A stretch of DNA of 64,000 nt from an uncultured delta proteobacterium (GCA_963796055.1 CAWCKH010000004.1:2336001-2400000), one strand, 5' to 3'; shown: positions 28,997 through 39,288, counted from the stretch's first letter. Numbers and translations are program-made. Notes: generated by a model from the letters alone, not told the origin.

Positions 28997-29776
28997 ATGG
29001 CCGAGGTCCTGACGACAGACGAAGCGAGGGTGCGGTGGATCACCCTCAACCGCCCCGAGACGCGGAACGCGCTCACCACGCAGGTGAACGACGCGGTCCG
29101 CGCGGCCGTCACCTCGGCGCCCACTGCCGGGGCGCGGGTGGTGGTGCTCAACGGGGCCGGAGGAGCGTTCAGCTCGGGCCTCGACCTGAGGGTCGCGGCC
29201 GAGGAGGGCGTGGACCCCGAGCGCATCGAGCTGCGCATGCGCACCCACTTCCACGGGCTCATCCGGGCCATCCGCGCCTGTCCGCTGCCCACCGTCGCCG
29301 TGGTGGACGGTCCGGCGGCCGGCTTCGGCTGCGACCTGGCGCTGGCCTGTGACCTCCGGCTGGTGTCGGACCGGGCGCGCTTCGGGGAGATCTTCGTCAA
29401 GCGGGGGCTCATGCCCGACGGAGGCGGCACCTGGATGCTCCCCAGGCTCATCGGGCTGGGACGGGCGCTGGAGCTGATGCTCACCGGAGACCTGGTGGAC
29501 GCCGCCGAGGCGCACCGCATCGGGCTGGCCAACCGGGTCTTCCCCGCGCCGCAGCTCGAATCCGCGGCATGGGAGTTCGCCCGGACCCTCGCCGCCGGCC
29601 CGCCGCTGGTGCACCGCGCGGTGAAGGCCGCGGTGGCAGCGGCGAGCCACGGGACCCTCGATGAGGCCCTGGAGGGAGAGGTGCGAGGGCAGCTGAAGCT
29701 GCTCGCCTCGGCGGATTTCCAGGAAGGTGTGGCGGCATTTCTGGAAAAGCGGCCGCCCGCGTTCAAGGGCGAGTGA
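28997..29776 (+). CDS. Enoyl-CoA hydratase/isomerase
   Basis: ITLNRPE.RNAL, AFSSGLDL, G.AAGFG..LALACD, DFQEGVAAFLEKR. Confidence 0.93.
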   Translation: MAEVLTTDEARVRWITLNRPETRNALTTQVNDAVRAAVTSAPTAGARVVVLNGAGGAFSSGLDLRVAAEEGVDPERIELRMRTHFHGLIRAIRACPLPTVAVVDGPAAGFGCDLALACDLRLVSDRARFGEIFVKRGLMPDGGGTWMLPRLIGLGRALELMLTGDLVDAAEAHRIGLANRVFPAPQLESAAWEFARTLAAGPPLVHRAVKAAVAAASHGTLDEALEGEVRGQLKLLASADFQEGVAAFLEKRPPAFKGE

Positions 29777-29892
29777 CAGAAGGGAAAAGCCCGGTGCGGG
29801 GGAGCAAGACGCACACCGTCGCCTCGTTGACCCTCCGCTCGGCCGGTCGCTAGGCTTGCTGCCCGCGGTCGCTCCCCGAACAAACGCCTCCC

Positions 29893-32382
29893 TTGACCAG
29901 CCCCTCGCCGAAGAAGCAGCCGATCCCCTTCGGACGGTACCTGCTCCTCGACCGGATCAACATCGGCGGCATGGCCGAGGTCTGGCGGGGGAAGGTGTTC
30001 GGCGCCGGCGGCTTCGAGCGCCTGGTGGCGATCAAGCGCATCCTGCCGAACATCGCGGAGGACGAAGAGTTCATCTCCATGTTCCAGGACGAGGCGAAGA
30101 TCAGCGTCCAGCTGACCCACGCCAACATCTGTCAGATCTACGAGCTGAACCGGCTCGGCCCCAGCCTCTACATCGCGATGGAGTACGTGCCGGGCAAGGA
30201 CCTCCGCTCCATCTTCGAGCGGGCCCGGAAGAAGGGTGAGCCCCCTCCGGTGCCGCTGGTCTGCTACGTGATCGGCAAGCTGTGCGAGGGCCTGGACTAC
30301 GCCCATCGAAAGAAGGATCAGCACGGCCGGGACCTGAACGTGGTCCATCGCGACATCTCGCCCCAGAACGTCCTCATCTCCTTCGAGGGCGAGGTGAAGG
30401 TCATCGACTTCGGCATCGCCAAGGCCGCGGGCAAGGTGACCAAGACCCAGGCCGGCATCCTCAAGGGCAAGTTCGGCTACATGAGCCCGGAGCAGATCCG
30501 CGGGCTGCCGCTGGACCGGCGCAGCGACGTCTTCGCCATCGGGGTGTGCCTGTACGAGCTCCTCACCGGTGAGCGGCTGTTCGTCGGGGAGAGCGACTTC
30601 CAGGTGCTGGAGAAGGTGCGGAAGGCGGAGGTGCTCCCGCCCTCCACCTACAACCGGAAGATTCCCGAGGCGCTGGAGCGCATCGTGCTCAAGGCGCTGG
30701 CCAAGGACCCGACGGACCGCTTCCAGTACGCGAGCGAGCTCGCCGACGAGCTGCAGCGCTTCCTGATCACCTCGGACAGCATCTTCAGCCGCAAGGACCT
30801 GATGCAGTACATGAAGTCCACCTTCGCCGAGGAGGTGGAGCGCGAACGCGCCCGGGTGGCGGAGTACGCCGACATCAAGGCTCCGGAGGGCATGCTCGGC
30901 GAGGGCGGCCTGGGCGTGCCGGTGCTGCCCCGGAACACCGGGCCCATCCTCGCCGCGGTGCCGACGCCGCCGTCCACGCCGGCGGTTGTGAAGAGTGCCT
31001 CGCTCCCCCGGCTGACCGCCGCTTCCCCGGTGTCCCAGCCTCGGGAGGACGAGGGCACCCTGCTGGTCGACGGCAGCGAGGTGCTCGCCTCGGTGGAGGC
31101 GGCGCGGCCGGTGGTGCACCCCATTGCCGGCTCCGAGCCCCAGACCGACCCGGAGCGCGCCGCCGGTGCGGGCGAGTCCGGGGACCCTCCGGTCTCGCCG
31201 GTGGACGAGACCATCGTCCGCCTTCGCCCCGGCGCTCCGACCCCGGTGCCGTCCGGGCACGCGTCCGCCGTGGTTCCCCCGCCGCTTCCGCCGAGGCCGC
31301 AGCCGGCCGCGCCGGTGGCCGAGGCGGCGCCGCTGCCGCCGCCGGCGCCGGCTCAGGCTCCGGAGGAGACCGTCGGTGGGCTTCCCGTCCTGGCGACGCT
31401 CACCGGGCCCACCCCCCCGGCCTCGCCGCCGCCTGAGGCGCCGAGCGACTCGGTGCCGGTGGTGGCCCCCGCAGGCGACACCGTGGTGCCTGCCGCAACG
31501 GCCGAGGTCCCACAGCTTGGGGCCCAGGCCGGGGCGACGGCCCCCACCCCCGCGGCCGAGCTCGAGGCCGCGGACGTTGCCGCCGCACTGGGCGCACCCC
31601 GGGCGCGCCGGCAGGTGTGGCCCTGGGCCGCGGCCGCCATCGCGGCGCTCGCTGCAATCTGTGCCGCCTGGGCGCTGGTGCGCGAGCCCCCCAGGGGCCG
31701 GGTGGTGCTCGACGTGAGCCCGCCCGAGGCGCGGGGCCGGGTGCGGCTCACCGTGGCCGGCACCGACCTCGGTGTCCCGACGCACTGGCCGGTGGTGCAG
31801 CCTGCCCCGTCGGGGAAGGTGGAGATCCTCGCCTCGGCGGACGGGTTCAAGCCAGCGCTGGTGGAGGCCACCGTCGGACGTGGCGAGGCCCCGACGTCGG
31901 TGCTGGTGGCCCTGCAGCGCGCGGCCACGGTAGCCCGCTTCACCGTGCTCCCCGAGCCCGACGACGCCGAGGTGCGGCTCGACGGGCAGGTGGTGAAGCG
32001 TTCCGGCTCCCACGGTCTCTTCGTCGGCGAGCTGGTGCCCGGCGTCGAGCACAGCCTCCAGATCCGCCGCGCCGGCTACAAGCCGGTGGACACCAGGGTG
32101 AGCGCACGGAGCGCGGAGGAGCCGGTGGAGCTGCGCACCACGCTCGAGCCTTTGGAGTTCCCTCTCCTGGTCACCTCGGCGCCGCCGGGCGCGGTCGTCT
32201 TCAGCGGCGAGAGGCTGCTCGGCGTGACCCCGCTCGCCACCCGCGTCCCGGCCACCGCCTCGGCGCTCACCATCCGCAAGCGCTGCTTCGAGACGGCGCA
32301 GGTGCCGCTGCGCCTGCCGGCGGAGCCGGGAGCCCGGATCCCGGTCCGGGCGGCGCTGCGCAAGGTGCCCGGCTGCCGTTAG
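29893..32382 (+). CDS. Ser/Thr protein kinase with Pro/Ala-rich linker, TM and PEGA domains
   Basis: GGMAEV, VAIKR, HRDISPQN, DFG, YMSPE; TTGACC-18-TAGGCT promoter upstream. Confidence 0.93.
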   Translation: MTSPSPKKQPIPFGRYLLLDRINIGGMAEVWRGKVFGAGGFERLVAIKRILPNIAEDEEFISMFQDEAKISVQLTHANICQIYELNRLGPSLYIAMEYVPGKDLRSIFERARKKGEPPPVPLVCYVIGKLCEGLDYAHRKKDQHGRDLNVVHRDISPQNVLISFEGEVKVIDFGIAKAAGKVTKTQAGILKGKFGYMSPEQIRGLPLDRRSDVFAIGVCLYELLTGERLFVGESDFQVLEKVRKAEVLPPSTYNRKIPEALERIVLKALAKDPTDRFQYASELADELQRFLITSDSIFSRKDLMQYMKSTFAEEVERERARVAEYADIKAPEGMLGEGGLGVPVLPRNTGPILAAVPTPPSTPAVVKSASLPRLTAASPVSQPREDEGTLLVDGSEVLASVEAARPVVHPIAGSEPQTDPERAAGAGESGDPPVSPVDETIVRLRPGAPTPVPSGHASAVVPPPLPPRPQPAAPVAEAAPLPPPAPAQAPEETVGGLPVLATLTGPTPPASPPPEAPSDSVPVVAPAGDTVVPAATAEVPQLGAQAGATAPTPAAELEAADVAAALGAPRARRQVWPWAAAAIAALAAICAAWALVREPPRGRVVLDVSPPEARGRVRLTVAGTDLGVPTHWPVVQPAPSGKVEILASADGFKPALVEATVGRGEAPTSVLVALQRAATVARFTVLPEPDDAEVRLDGQVVKRSGSHGLFVGELVPGVEHSLQIRRAGYKPVDTRVSARSAEEPVELRTTLEPLEFPLLVTSAPPGAVVFSGERLLGVTPLATRVPATASALTIRKRCFETAQVPLRLPAEPGARIPVRAALRKVPGCR

Positions 32383-32778
32383 GTCAGGGCCGCGGCATCC
32401 GTTAGGTCAGGGCCGCGGCGTTCGGTAGGTCAGGGCCGCGGCTCCCGTTAGGTCAGGGCCGCGGCGTTCGGTAGGTCAGGGCCGCGGCATCCGTTGGGTC
32501 AAGGCCGCGGCGCTCGGTACCGTCAGGAGCCCCGGCGTCGGGTAGGTCGGGGCCGCGGCATCCGTTAGGTCAGGGCCGCGGCGTTCGGTACCGTCAGGAG
32601 CCCCGGCGTCGGGTAGGTCGGGGCCGCGGCATCCGTTAGGTCAGGGCCGCGGCGTTCGGTACCGTCAGGAGCCCCGGCGTCGGGTAGGTCGGGGCCGCGG
32701 CATCCGTTAGGTCAGGGCCGCGGCGTTCGGTATCGTCAGGAGCCCCGGCGTCGGGTAGGTCAGGGCCGCGGCATCCGT
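32380..32778. repeat. Intergenic tandem repeat: 17 units of 23/25 bp with a 71-bp higher-order repeat
   Basis: A=TAGGTCAGGGCCGCGGCATCCGT, B=TAGGTCAGGGCCGCGGCGTTCGG, C=TACCGTCAGGAGCCCCGGCGTCGGG; three identical 71-mers at 32518, 32589, 32660. Confidence 0.97.
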
Positions 32779-32794
32779 TAGAGTCGGGCCCCCG

Positions 32795-34540
32795 ATGGCT
32801 CCCCGCACCCGCAAGGCCACCGACCCGCTGGCCGACCTGCCGCCCTGGGCGCAGAAGCTGGCCCAAGCCTACTACACCAAGACCGTCAGCACCTTCCTGC
32901 TCCACGGCGCGGTGCGAGATCTTCAGCCGCTCGGCCCCCCGGACGACCGCTCGTACGGCCCACTGAAGCAGTTCCTCACCGAGGAGCTCTTCGGGGGGCG
33001 GAGCCACGTGCTGCACTACGACCGCTCCAGCGGCATCCGCGCCGCCACGCCGGACTCGCAGAAGGACTTCACGCGGACCCTGAGCGCCTACGACACGCTC
33101 TACGGAACGGATTACGCCAAGGTGCTGCCCCGCGACCCAGGCCGGGCGTTGCAGATCCTCGAGAACTACCTGCGGATGCGCCTCTCCGACGGGCGGTCGC
33201 TGGCGCTGGTCATCGACTTCGCCGAGACGCTGGCCCCGGGCGGGGAGATGGGCAGCCTCTCCGGCGAGGACCGCTTCGCCCTCGCCACCCTGGTGAAGTG
33301 GGCGAGCGATCCGCAGTTCCTCGCCGGCGACCTCTCCATCGTGCTGCTGGTGGAGAACCTGGCGGAGATCTCCGGGCGGCTGTCGCGCAACCCCTACGTG
33401 GCCGGCATCGAGCTGCCGTTGCCGACCGAGGAGGAGCGGCAGGACTACGTGCAGTGGAAGCTGCAGGGCAAGCGGCTGGCCTCGGTGTCCGAGATTGCTG
33501 CGCCGGCGCTGGCCAAGATGAGCGCCGGGCTGTCCCGCATCAACCTCGACCGGATCCTCACCGAGGCGGTGGAGCGGGAGGTGCGGATCACCCCGGAGCT
33601 CCTGAAGGAGAAGAAGAAGGAGCTGATCCAGGCCGAATGTCATGGGTTGCTCGAGTTCATCGAGCCCGCCCACACCCTGGACTCGGTGGCCGGCCACGCC
33701 CGGGCCAAGGAGATGCTCCGGCAGGCGGCGGCGGCGCTGAGGAAGGGGCGCATCGAGGTGCTCCCCATGGGCTACCTGGTCTCCGGTCCGGTGGGGACGG
33801 GGAAGACGTTCCTCGCCACCTGCTTCGCCGGGGAGATCGGCATCCCCTGCGTGAAGTTCCTCAACTTCCGCAGCCAGTGGCAGGGGGTGACCGAGGCCAA
33901 CGTGGAGAAGATCTTCAACCTCCTCAAGGCGCTCTGGCCGGTGGCGGTGATGGTGGACGAGGCGGACGCCTTCCTCGGCAACCGCGAGGCCTCGGGCGAC
34001 TCCGGGACCTCCAGCCGGGTGTTCGCCTCCATCGCCTCGTTCATGGGGAACACCGAGTACCGGGGGAAGATCGTCTGGTTCCTCCTCACCGCCCGGCCGG
34101 ATCTCTTGCCGGTGGACCTCAAGCGCCAGGGGAGGGCCGAGGAGCACCTGGCGCTCTTCTACCCGCAGAACGACGCCGAGCGTGACGAGCTGGCCAGGGT
34201 GGTCTCGAAGAAGGTGAAGGTTGCCCTGCAGCTCCCGTCATTCGCCGCGCTGCTCCCCGCCGGGGCGCAGATGTCCGGGGCGGACATCGAGGCGGTGCTG
34301 GTTCGCTCCAAGTTCCGCGCCCTGGCGCATGGGCGCGAGGAGCCCACCGAGGAGGACGTGCGGGCCGTGGTTTCGGACTTCGTGCCTCCGTCGTACCCGC
34401 TGGAGATCGAGCTGCAGAACCTGGCCGCGGTGCAGGAGTGCACCAGCCGGGAGCTGTTGCCCGAGGTCTACCGGACGATGGAGCGGGACACCGTCACCCG
34501 GCGCATCCGCGAGCTGAAGATGCTGCTCGAGGAACGCTGA
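32795..34540 (+). CDS. AAA+ ATPase (degenerate N-terminal and active C-terminal AAA module)
   Basis: Walker A GPVGTGKT, Walker B VMVDEAD, R-finger LKRQGR; N-terminal module with LVIDFAE. Confidence 0.9.
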   Translation: MAPRTRKATDPLADLPPWAQKLAQAYYTKTVSTFLLHGAVRDLQPLGPPDDRSYGPLKQFLTEELFGGRSHVLHYDRSSGIRAATPDSQKDFTRTLSAYDTLYGTDYAKVLPRDPGRALQILENYLRMRLSDGRSLALVIDFAETLAPGGEMGSLSGEDRFALATLVKWASDPQFLAGDLSIVLLVENLAEISGRLSRNPYVAGIELPLPTEEERQDYVQWKLQGKRLASVSEIAAPALAKMSAGLSRINLDRILTEAVEREVRITPELLKEKKKELIQAECHGLLEFIEPAHTLDSVAGHARAKEMLRQAAAALRKGRIEVLPMGYLVSGPVGTGKTFLATCFAGEIGIPCVKFLNFRSQWQGVTEANVEKIFNLLKALWPVAVMVDEADAFLGNREASGDSGTSSRVFASIASFMGNTEYRGKIVWFLLTARPDLLPVDLKRQGRAEEHLALFYPQNDAERDELARVVSKKVKVALQLPSFAALLPAGAQMSGADIEAVLVRSKFRALAHGREEPTEEDVRAVVSDFVPPSYPLEIELQNLAAVQECTSRELLPEVYRTMERDTVTRRIRELKMLLEER

Positions 34541-34564
34541 GCACTGTCCGGGGGCCGAGCGGCG

Positions 34565-37312
34565 TCATCCACCGGTGGCCGCACGCGTCGGGCGGGGAGC
34601 GGCGAAGAACCGCTCCAGCTCCGGCACCTCTCGCGTCCGCTGCGCGATGCAGAGGTCCAGCTTCTCCAGCGCCAGGGCGAACCGCCGCGGCCCGCCGAGG
34701 ACCGACGTGACGCGATGTCCGAACACCCGCTCGGCCTCGGCGCGCTCGTCCGCGCTGCACGACTCGCCGGCCAGGGTGAAGAACCGGCTCAGTCCACCGC
34801 GAGGCATCAGGGCCACCAGCGCGTCCCAGGAGCGGTCGATTCCGGCGAGCGTCCGGGAGCGGCCGACGGGCGAGTCGGTCGGCGGCTGGCTCTTCTTCCA
34901 CTTTTCACCCACCAGCAGCTGGGCGATCTCCCGGGGGTCCAGACGCCCGGAGGTGGCCAGCGCCACGTTCTGGTCGAGCAGCTCCGGGGCACGGGTGCTG
35001 GCGAGGCCCTCGAGGAGCCAGTCCCGGGTGTCGATGTCCCGGGTGCGGTCCAGCCGCTGCACCAGGGCCTGGTGGAGGTCACGCCCGCCGAACCTTCCGG
35101 CCGTCTGCAGCACCGGCGACACCATCTCCGGGGCGACCGCCCGCGGCCGCGAGAGCCAGGCCTCGGCCAGCGCGCGGGCCTCGGCCACCAGCTGTGGGTC
35201 CTCGCCCCGCCGGGCCACGAAGCTGGTGGTCTGGGGCCGGGTGAGCTGCACCTCGTCGTCCTCGGCCGGCTTGCTGCGGAACCCGAGCGCCCGCGCCCGT
35301 GGCCCGAACACCCGGCGGACCCAGGCCGCGTACGCCGGGCCGAGCCGCCCGGCGAGGAAGTCCTCGCGCACCGTGGCCAGCTTGATGGCCGCCTCGACCA
35401 CGTGGTGCTCACGGGCGGCGGCGTGGCGGGCGGCCAGCTGCAGCCCCTCGGCGCGCGAGATGGCTCCGCCCCGCACCAGCGCCTCGGTGTCCCCGAGCAA
35501 CCCCACCCGCTCGGCGTCGTCCAGCTTGCCCGAGCGGACCAGCCGGGCGCGCCAGGCGGGGTCGAGCTGGAGGCGGTAGTACCCGGCGTACCCGGCGTTG
35601 GGGAGCACCCAGTCGGGACAGGCCCGCGGCTCGAGCGTCATCTCTGCGCTCGGGGTGTCGAGCAGGGTGCAGCGGGTCTGCTCCTTTCCTCCCGTGCTCC
35701 AGCGGGTGCAGACGGGGATCTGCCACACCCCGGCCCGTGTCCCGGTGGAGCCCGCGGGCAGCCATCGATCCTGCGCCAGCTGCAGCACCGCCCCCTGGGC
35801 GCCGCAGCGCACGGTGGCCTGGATCCGCGGAACCCCCGGGTGGTCCAGGAAGGTGTCGAACGCCGGCGCCACGTCGCGTCCGGCGGCCTCGGAGATGGCG
35901 CGGAGGAAGTCGTGGGCGGTGGCGTTTCCATCGGCGTGCGTCCGCACGTACCGCTGGATGCCGCGCCGGAAGGTCTCCGGGCCCACCCACTGCTCGAACA
36001 TCCGGAGCACCGCCGCGCCCTTCTCGTAGGTGATGGAGTCGAAGGCGTTCTTCACGTCGTCGTAGCTGTGGACCGGCTGGCGAACGACCCGGGCGCTCAC
36101 CAGGGCGTCGGTCTCCGCCGCCACGTTCCGCTGGTCGACCCGCTCCGCGGCCATGCCCCACGCCGGCGCCCACTGCTCGATGACCTTGGTCTCCATCCAG
36201 GTGGCGAAGGCCTCGTTGAGCCAGATGTCGTCCCACCACGCGGCGGTGACCAGGTCTCCGAACCATTGGTGCGCGAACTCGTGCGCCGCCACCTTGGCGT
36301 AGATGCGCCGCCGCTCCACCCGGTCCTGCCCGGGTCGGGTGAGCACGAGCGTCTCGCGGAAGGTGACCAGCCCCACGTTCTCCATCGCTCCGAACTGGAC
36401 GGTGAAGGGGATCGCGAGCACGTCGAGCTTCTCGTAGGGGTAGGAAATGCCGAAGTAGTCTTCGAGGCCCTCGAGGATCTCCGGGGTCACCCGGGCCGCC
36501 CACGCCGCCTCGTGTGCCCGTCCCCGCGGGGCGATGATCCGGACTGGAACCCGTCTCTTGCCCGCGGGGCGCGCTTCCTCCATCTCGAAGGGACCCACCC
36601 CGAAGGCCACCAGGTACGAGGGTAGCGGCCGCGTCGGGCGGAACCGCACCTCCTTGAGGCCCTCGCCCACCGGGGTCTCGCTGGCCACCGGCGTGTTGGA
36701 GACCGCGGTCAGCCCCACCGGGACCCGCAGGGTCAGCTCCCAGGGAATCTTCGCCGACGGCTCGTCCACGCACGGAAACGCCCGGCGGGCATCCGTGGAC
36801 TCGAACTGGGTGAAGGCGTACCAGTCCCCGCCGCTCTGCTGGCGGAAGATGCCCGAGTCCTCCTGGGTGAACTGCGTGCCCCGGAACTCGAGCACCAGGG
36901 TGAGGGGACCCGGGGGGAGCTGCCGCGGAAAGCGCAGCGCGACCCGCTGGTCGTCGCGCACCACCGGCTCGGCCCGCACCTCGTCGGTGCCGACCCGGGC
37001 GCCCGCCGAGGTGACCTCCAGCGCATCGGTGTTGAGCCACACCACGTCACTGGCCGCGTCCAGCGTGCCGTCGATCTCGGTGCGTCCGGAGAAGCCCGGG
37101 GCCGAGGGAAGCACGGTGAGGGACACCCGCTGGCTCGAGGGGCGGAAGGTGCGCGGGAGCCGGATGCCGTCCGGCGCCACGAGCGGGGGCGGGGGCGGGG
37201 GAGTGGCCACTGCCTGGGGCTGGGCCGTGGGCGCGCGCGGCGCGGTGCCGCGGTCGGCCGCGCAGGCCGCCAGCAGCAGTGCACCGAGGAGGATCGGGAG
37301 GCGGAAGCTCAT
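34565..37312 (-). CDS. M1-family aminopeptidase lipoprotein (ERAP1-like C-terminus)
   Basis: LLLAAC lipobox, TQFE..DARRAFPC.DEP, GAMEN, HEFAHQWFG...WLNEAFA. Confidence 0.95.
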   Translation of the reverse strand: MSFRLPILLGALLLAACAADRGTAPRAPTAQPQAVATPPPPPPLVAPDGIRLPRTFRPSSQRVSLTVLPSAPGFSGRTEIDGTLDAASDVVWLNTDALEVTSAGARVGTDEVRAEPVVRDDQRVALRFPRQLPPGPLTLVLEFRGTQFTQEDSGIFRQQSGGDWYAFTQFESTDARRAFPCVDEPSAKIPWELTLRVPVGLTAVSNTPVASETPVGEGLKEVRFRPTRPLPSYLVAFGVGPFEMEEARPAGKRRVPVRIIAPRGRAHEAAWAARVTPEILEGLEDYFGISYPYEKLDVLAIPFTVQFGAMENVGLVTFRETLVLTRPGQDRVERRRIYAKVAAHEFAHQWFGDLVTAAWWDDIWLNEAFATWMETKVIEQWAPAWGMAAERVDQRNVAAETDALVSARVVRQPVHSYDDVKNAFDSITYEKGAAVLRMFEQWVGPETFRRGIQRYVRTHADGNATAHDFLRAISEAAGRDVAPAFDTFLDHPGVPRIQATVRCGAQGAVLQLAQDRWLPAGSTGTRAGVWQIPVCTRWSTGGKEQTRCTLLDTPSAEMTLEPRACPDWVLPNAGYAGYYRLQLDPAWRARLVRSGKLDDAERVGLLGDTEALVRGGAISRAEGLQLAARHAAAREHHVVEAAIKLATVREDFLAGRLGPAYAAWVRRVFGPRARALGFRSKPAEDDEVQLTRPQTTSFVARRGEDPQLVAEARALAEAWLSRPRAVAPEMVSPVLQTAGRFGGRDLHQALVQRLDRTRDIDTRDWLLEGLASTRAPELLDQNVALATSGRLDPREIAQLLVGEKWKKSQPPTDSPVGRSRTLAGIDRSWDALVALMPRGGLSRFFTLAGESCSADERAEAERVFGHRVTSVLGGPRRFALALEKLDLCIAQRTREVPELERFFAAPRPTRAATGG

Positions 37313-37365
37313 GAAGGGCGCGCACTCTGGCACGACCTGCCCAGCGCGCAACCGCCGAATGTCCG

Positions 37366-39288
37366 TCAGTCCGCGGGTCCCCCGACCCGGAGGTTGAGCC
37401 CCGGACGGAGGGAGCGGGCGTGGCGGATGCGGTTCCAGCGCTTCAGGTCGTCCACGCTGACGCCGTACTGCTGGGCCACGCTCCACAGCGTCTCGCCCTC
37501 GGCGAGCTGGTGCATCCCGGGCTTTGCGCCGGCAGGTGGCGCAGGGGTGGACGCCACCGGAGGATGCACGGCAGTGGGAGGAGCGTCGGCCTGGGCCACC
37601 AGCTTCGCCGGGGAAGCCTCGGCCGGCGCGGCGCCGGGGCCGGGCCAGACGGTCAGCACGGTGCCGACCTGGAGCCCTCTCCGGGCCTTCCTTCCGAGCG
37701 TGTTCCAGGCCTGGACCTGGTCCACCGTCACGCCGAATCGCTGGGCGATGGTCCACAGCGAGTCGCCGCTCTGGACCCCGTACTGGACGCGGGTCTTGCC
37801 GTCCACGACCTCGGTCTTGACCGTCCCCTGCGCCAGCAGGCGGGGTGGACCGATGCGCGTGCCGGCGGGGACCTCCTCCTCGGGCGCCGGCGCGACGTAC
37901 CCCTGGGCGCGAGCCCGGGCCACCTGCCGCTCCAGGCCGTGCCCGGCGTCGGCCAGCGCGCGGGCGGAGGGCACCGGGACGGCCAGCTCGCTGTTGATCC
38001 GCAGGGTCTTCGCGCTGCGGAGCCGGTTGAACTGGAGGATGGCCTCGGGGGCCGAGTGGTACTGCAGCGCGATGCGCGAGAGCGTGTCGCCCTTGCGCAC
38101 GTGGTGGATGCGGTAGGTGAGCCGCTCGCCGGCGGGGATGCGCGCCAGTCCGGCGATCACCGTGTCCCGGGTCCCCCGCGGGACGCGGACCAGGTAGGGG
38201 CGGGCAGCGGAGGCGGGGGGAGTGCACCAGCGGCGCAGCTCGGGATTCAGCTCCCGGATGGTCTCGGTGCTGGTCCCCGCGGCCCGGGCCACCACGTCGA
38301 GGTCGGTGGGTTCCACCACCGGCACCTCGTCGAACTCGAGCGGCTGCTGGAACTCGAACTCGTCCTCGCTGAACCCGAACGCACGGGGGTGCTTGGCCAC
38401 CAGCGCGCAGGCGATGAGCTTGGGGACGTAGTGCTTGGTCTCCTTGGCCAGCCCCTTGCCGTCGCTGAGCGCCCAGAAGTCGCGGGTCCCTCGGCGCTCC
38501 ATCGTCCGACGGAGCTTCTCGCCGCCGGCGTTGTAACCGGCCCAGGCGAGGTACCAGTGGCCCAGCGCTCCGTGGAGCTCGGTCAGGTAGCGGCCCGCGG
38601 CCACGGTAGCCTTCAGCGGGTCGCGCCGCTCGTCCACCCAGAAGTCCTGCTTGAGACCGAAGCGGCGGCCGGTGCTGGAGATGAACTGCCAGGGCCCGGC
38701 GGCCCGGGCCCAGGAGGTGGCGCCGGGGGAGAAGCCGCTCTCAATCATCGCCAGATAGACCGTGTCCCGCGGGAGCCCGCCGCGCTCGAGCAGCGGGGTC
38801 ATCATCGGGATGTACCGCGTGGAGCGGGACATCCACTTGCGGAACCACTTGCGGCCCGGGCCCTGGAAGAACTGGATGTACTGGGCCACCGTGGGCTGCA
38901 TCTCGATGGGGATGTCGTACTCGGGGGCGATGGCGCCCACGTCGAAGGTGGAGAGGTCGGTGACCAGCCCCAGGTTCACCACCGGCTCGCCGGCGGAGAG
39001 CTCCTCCGCGCCGTCCTCGAGGCGGGCCCGGAGGGGGCTGGCGGTGCCGAGGGCGCGGACCGAGCGCAGCACCTCGGGGCTGGGCTTCGCCGCCGGATCG
39101 AGGACCGCGTCCTCGAGGGCCCGCATCTCCTCCAGCTCCTCCGAGGCCGGCTCGTCGTCGGCGTCGATGTCGTCGGAGGTACGTCCGGGGTTCACCGCCT
39201 GCGCCGGTGCGCGCGGCGGCGCGGTCGGCGACGCCTCGGGGGCGGCCGCGCCGCTGCTGAGCATCAGAAGGACGAAGGGGAGCGACAA
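37366..39288 (-). CDS. mltD: Lytic transglycosylase with three LysM domains (MltD-like)
   Basis: AMIESGF, AAGPWQF, AGYNAG, ETKHYVPK, LysM repeats; TTG start with GAGG RBS and TTGACC-18-TACCAT promoter (39329-39300). Confidence 0.9.
   Translation of the reverse strand: MSLPFVLLMLSSGAAAPEASPTAPPRAPAQAVNPGRTSDDIDADDEPASEELEEMRALEDAVLDPAAKPSPEVLRSVRALGTASPLRARLEDGAEELSAGEPVVNLGLVTDLSTFDVGAIAPEYDIPIEMQPTVAQYIQFFQGPGRKWFRKWMSRSTRYIPMMTPLLERGGLPRDTVYLAMIESGFSPGATSWARAAGPWQFISSTGRRFGLKQDFWVDERRDPLKATVAAGRYLTELHGALGHWYLAWAGYNAGGEKLRRTMERRGTRDFWALSDGKGLAKETKHYVPKLIACALVAKHPRAFGFSEDEFEFQQPLEFDEVPVVEPTDLDVVARAAGTSTETIRELNPELRRWCTPPASAARPYLVRVPRGTRDTVIAGLARIPAGERLTYRIHHVRKGDTLSRIALQYHSAPEAILQFNRLRSAKTLRINSELAVPVPSARALADAGHGLERQVARARAQGYVAPAPEEEVPAGTRIGPPRLLAQGTVKTEVVDGKTRVQYGVQSGDSLWTIAQRFGVTVDQVQAWNTLGRKARRGLQVGTVLTVWPGPGAAPAEASPAKLVAQADAPPTAVHPPVASTPAPPAGAKPGMHQLAEGETLWSVAQQYGVSVDDLKRWNRIRHARSLRPGLNLRVGGPAD

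Noticed and set aside
28855..32052. 1065-aa minus-strand ORF and many similar long antisense or alternate-frame ORFs
   Set aside because: Shadows of real genes caused by stop-codon scarcity at very high GC; no motifs, Arg/Gly/His-rich composition
32380..32778. CRISPR array
   Set aside because: Units are contiguous with no unique spacers, the variable parts themselves repeat, and no cas genes are in the window
34565..38227. 1220-aa aminopeptidase
   Set aside because: N-terminal 305 codons overlap mltD in another frame; real start is the lipoprotein signal at 37312
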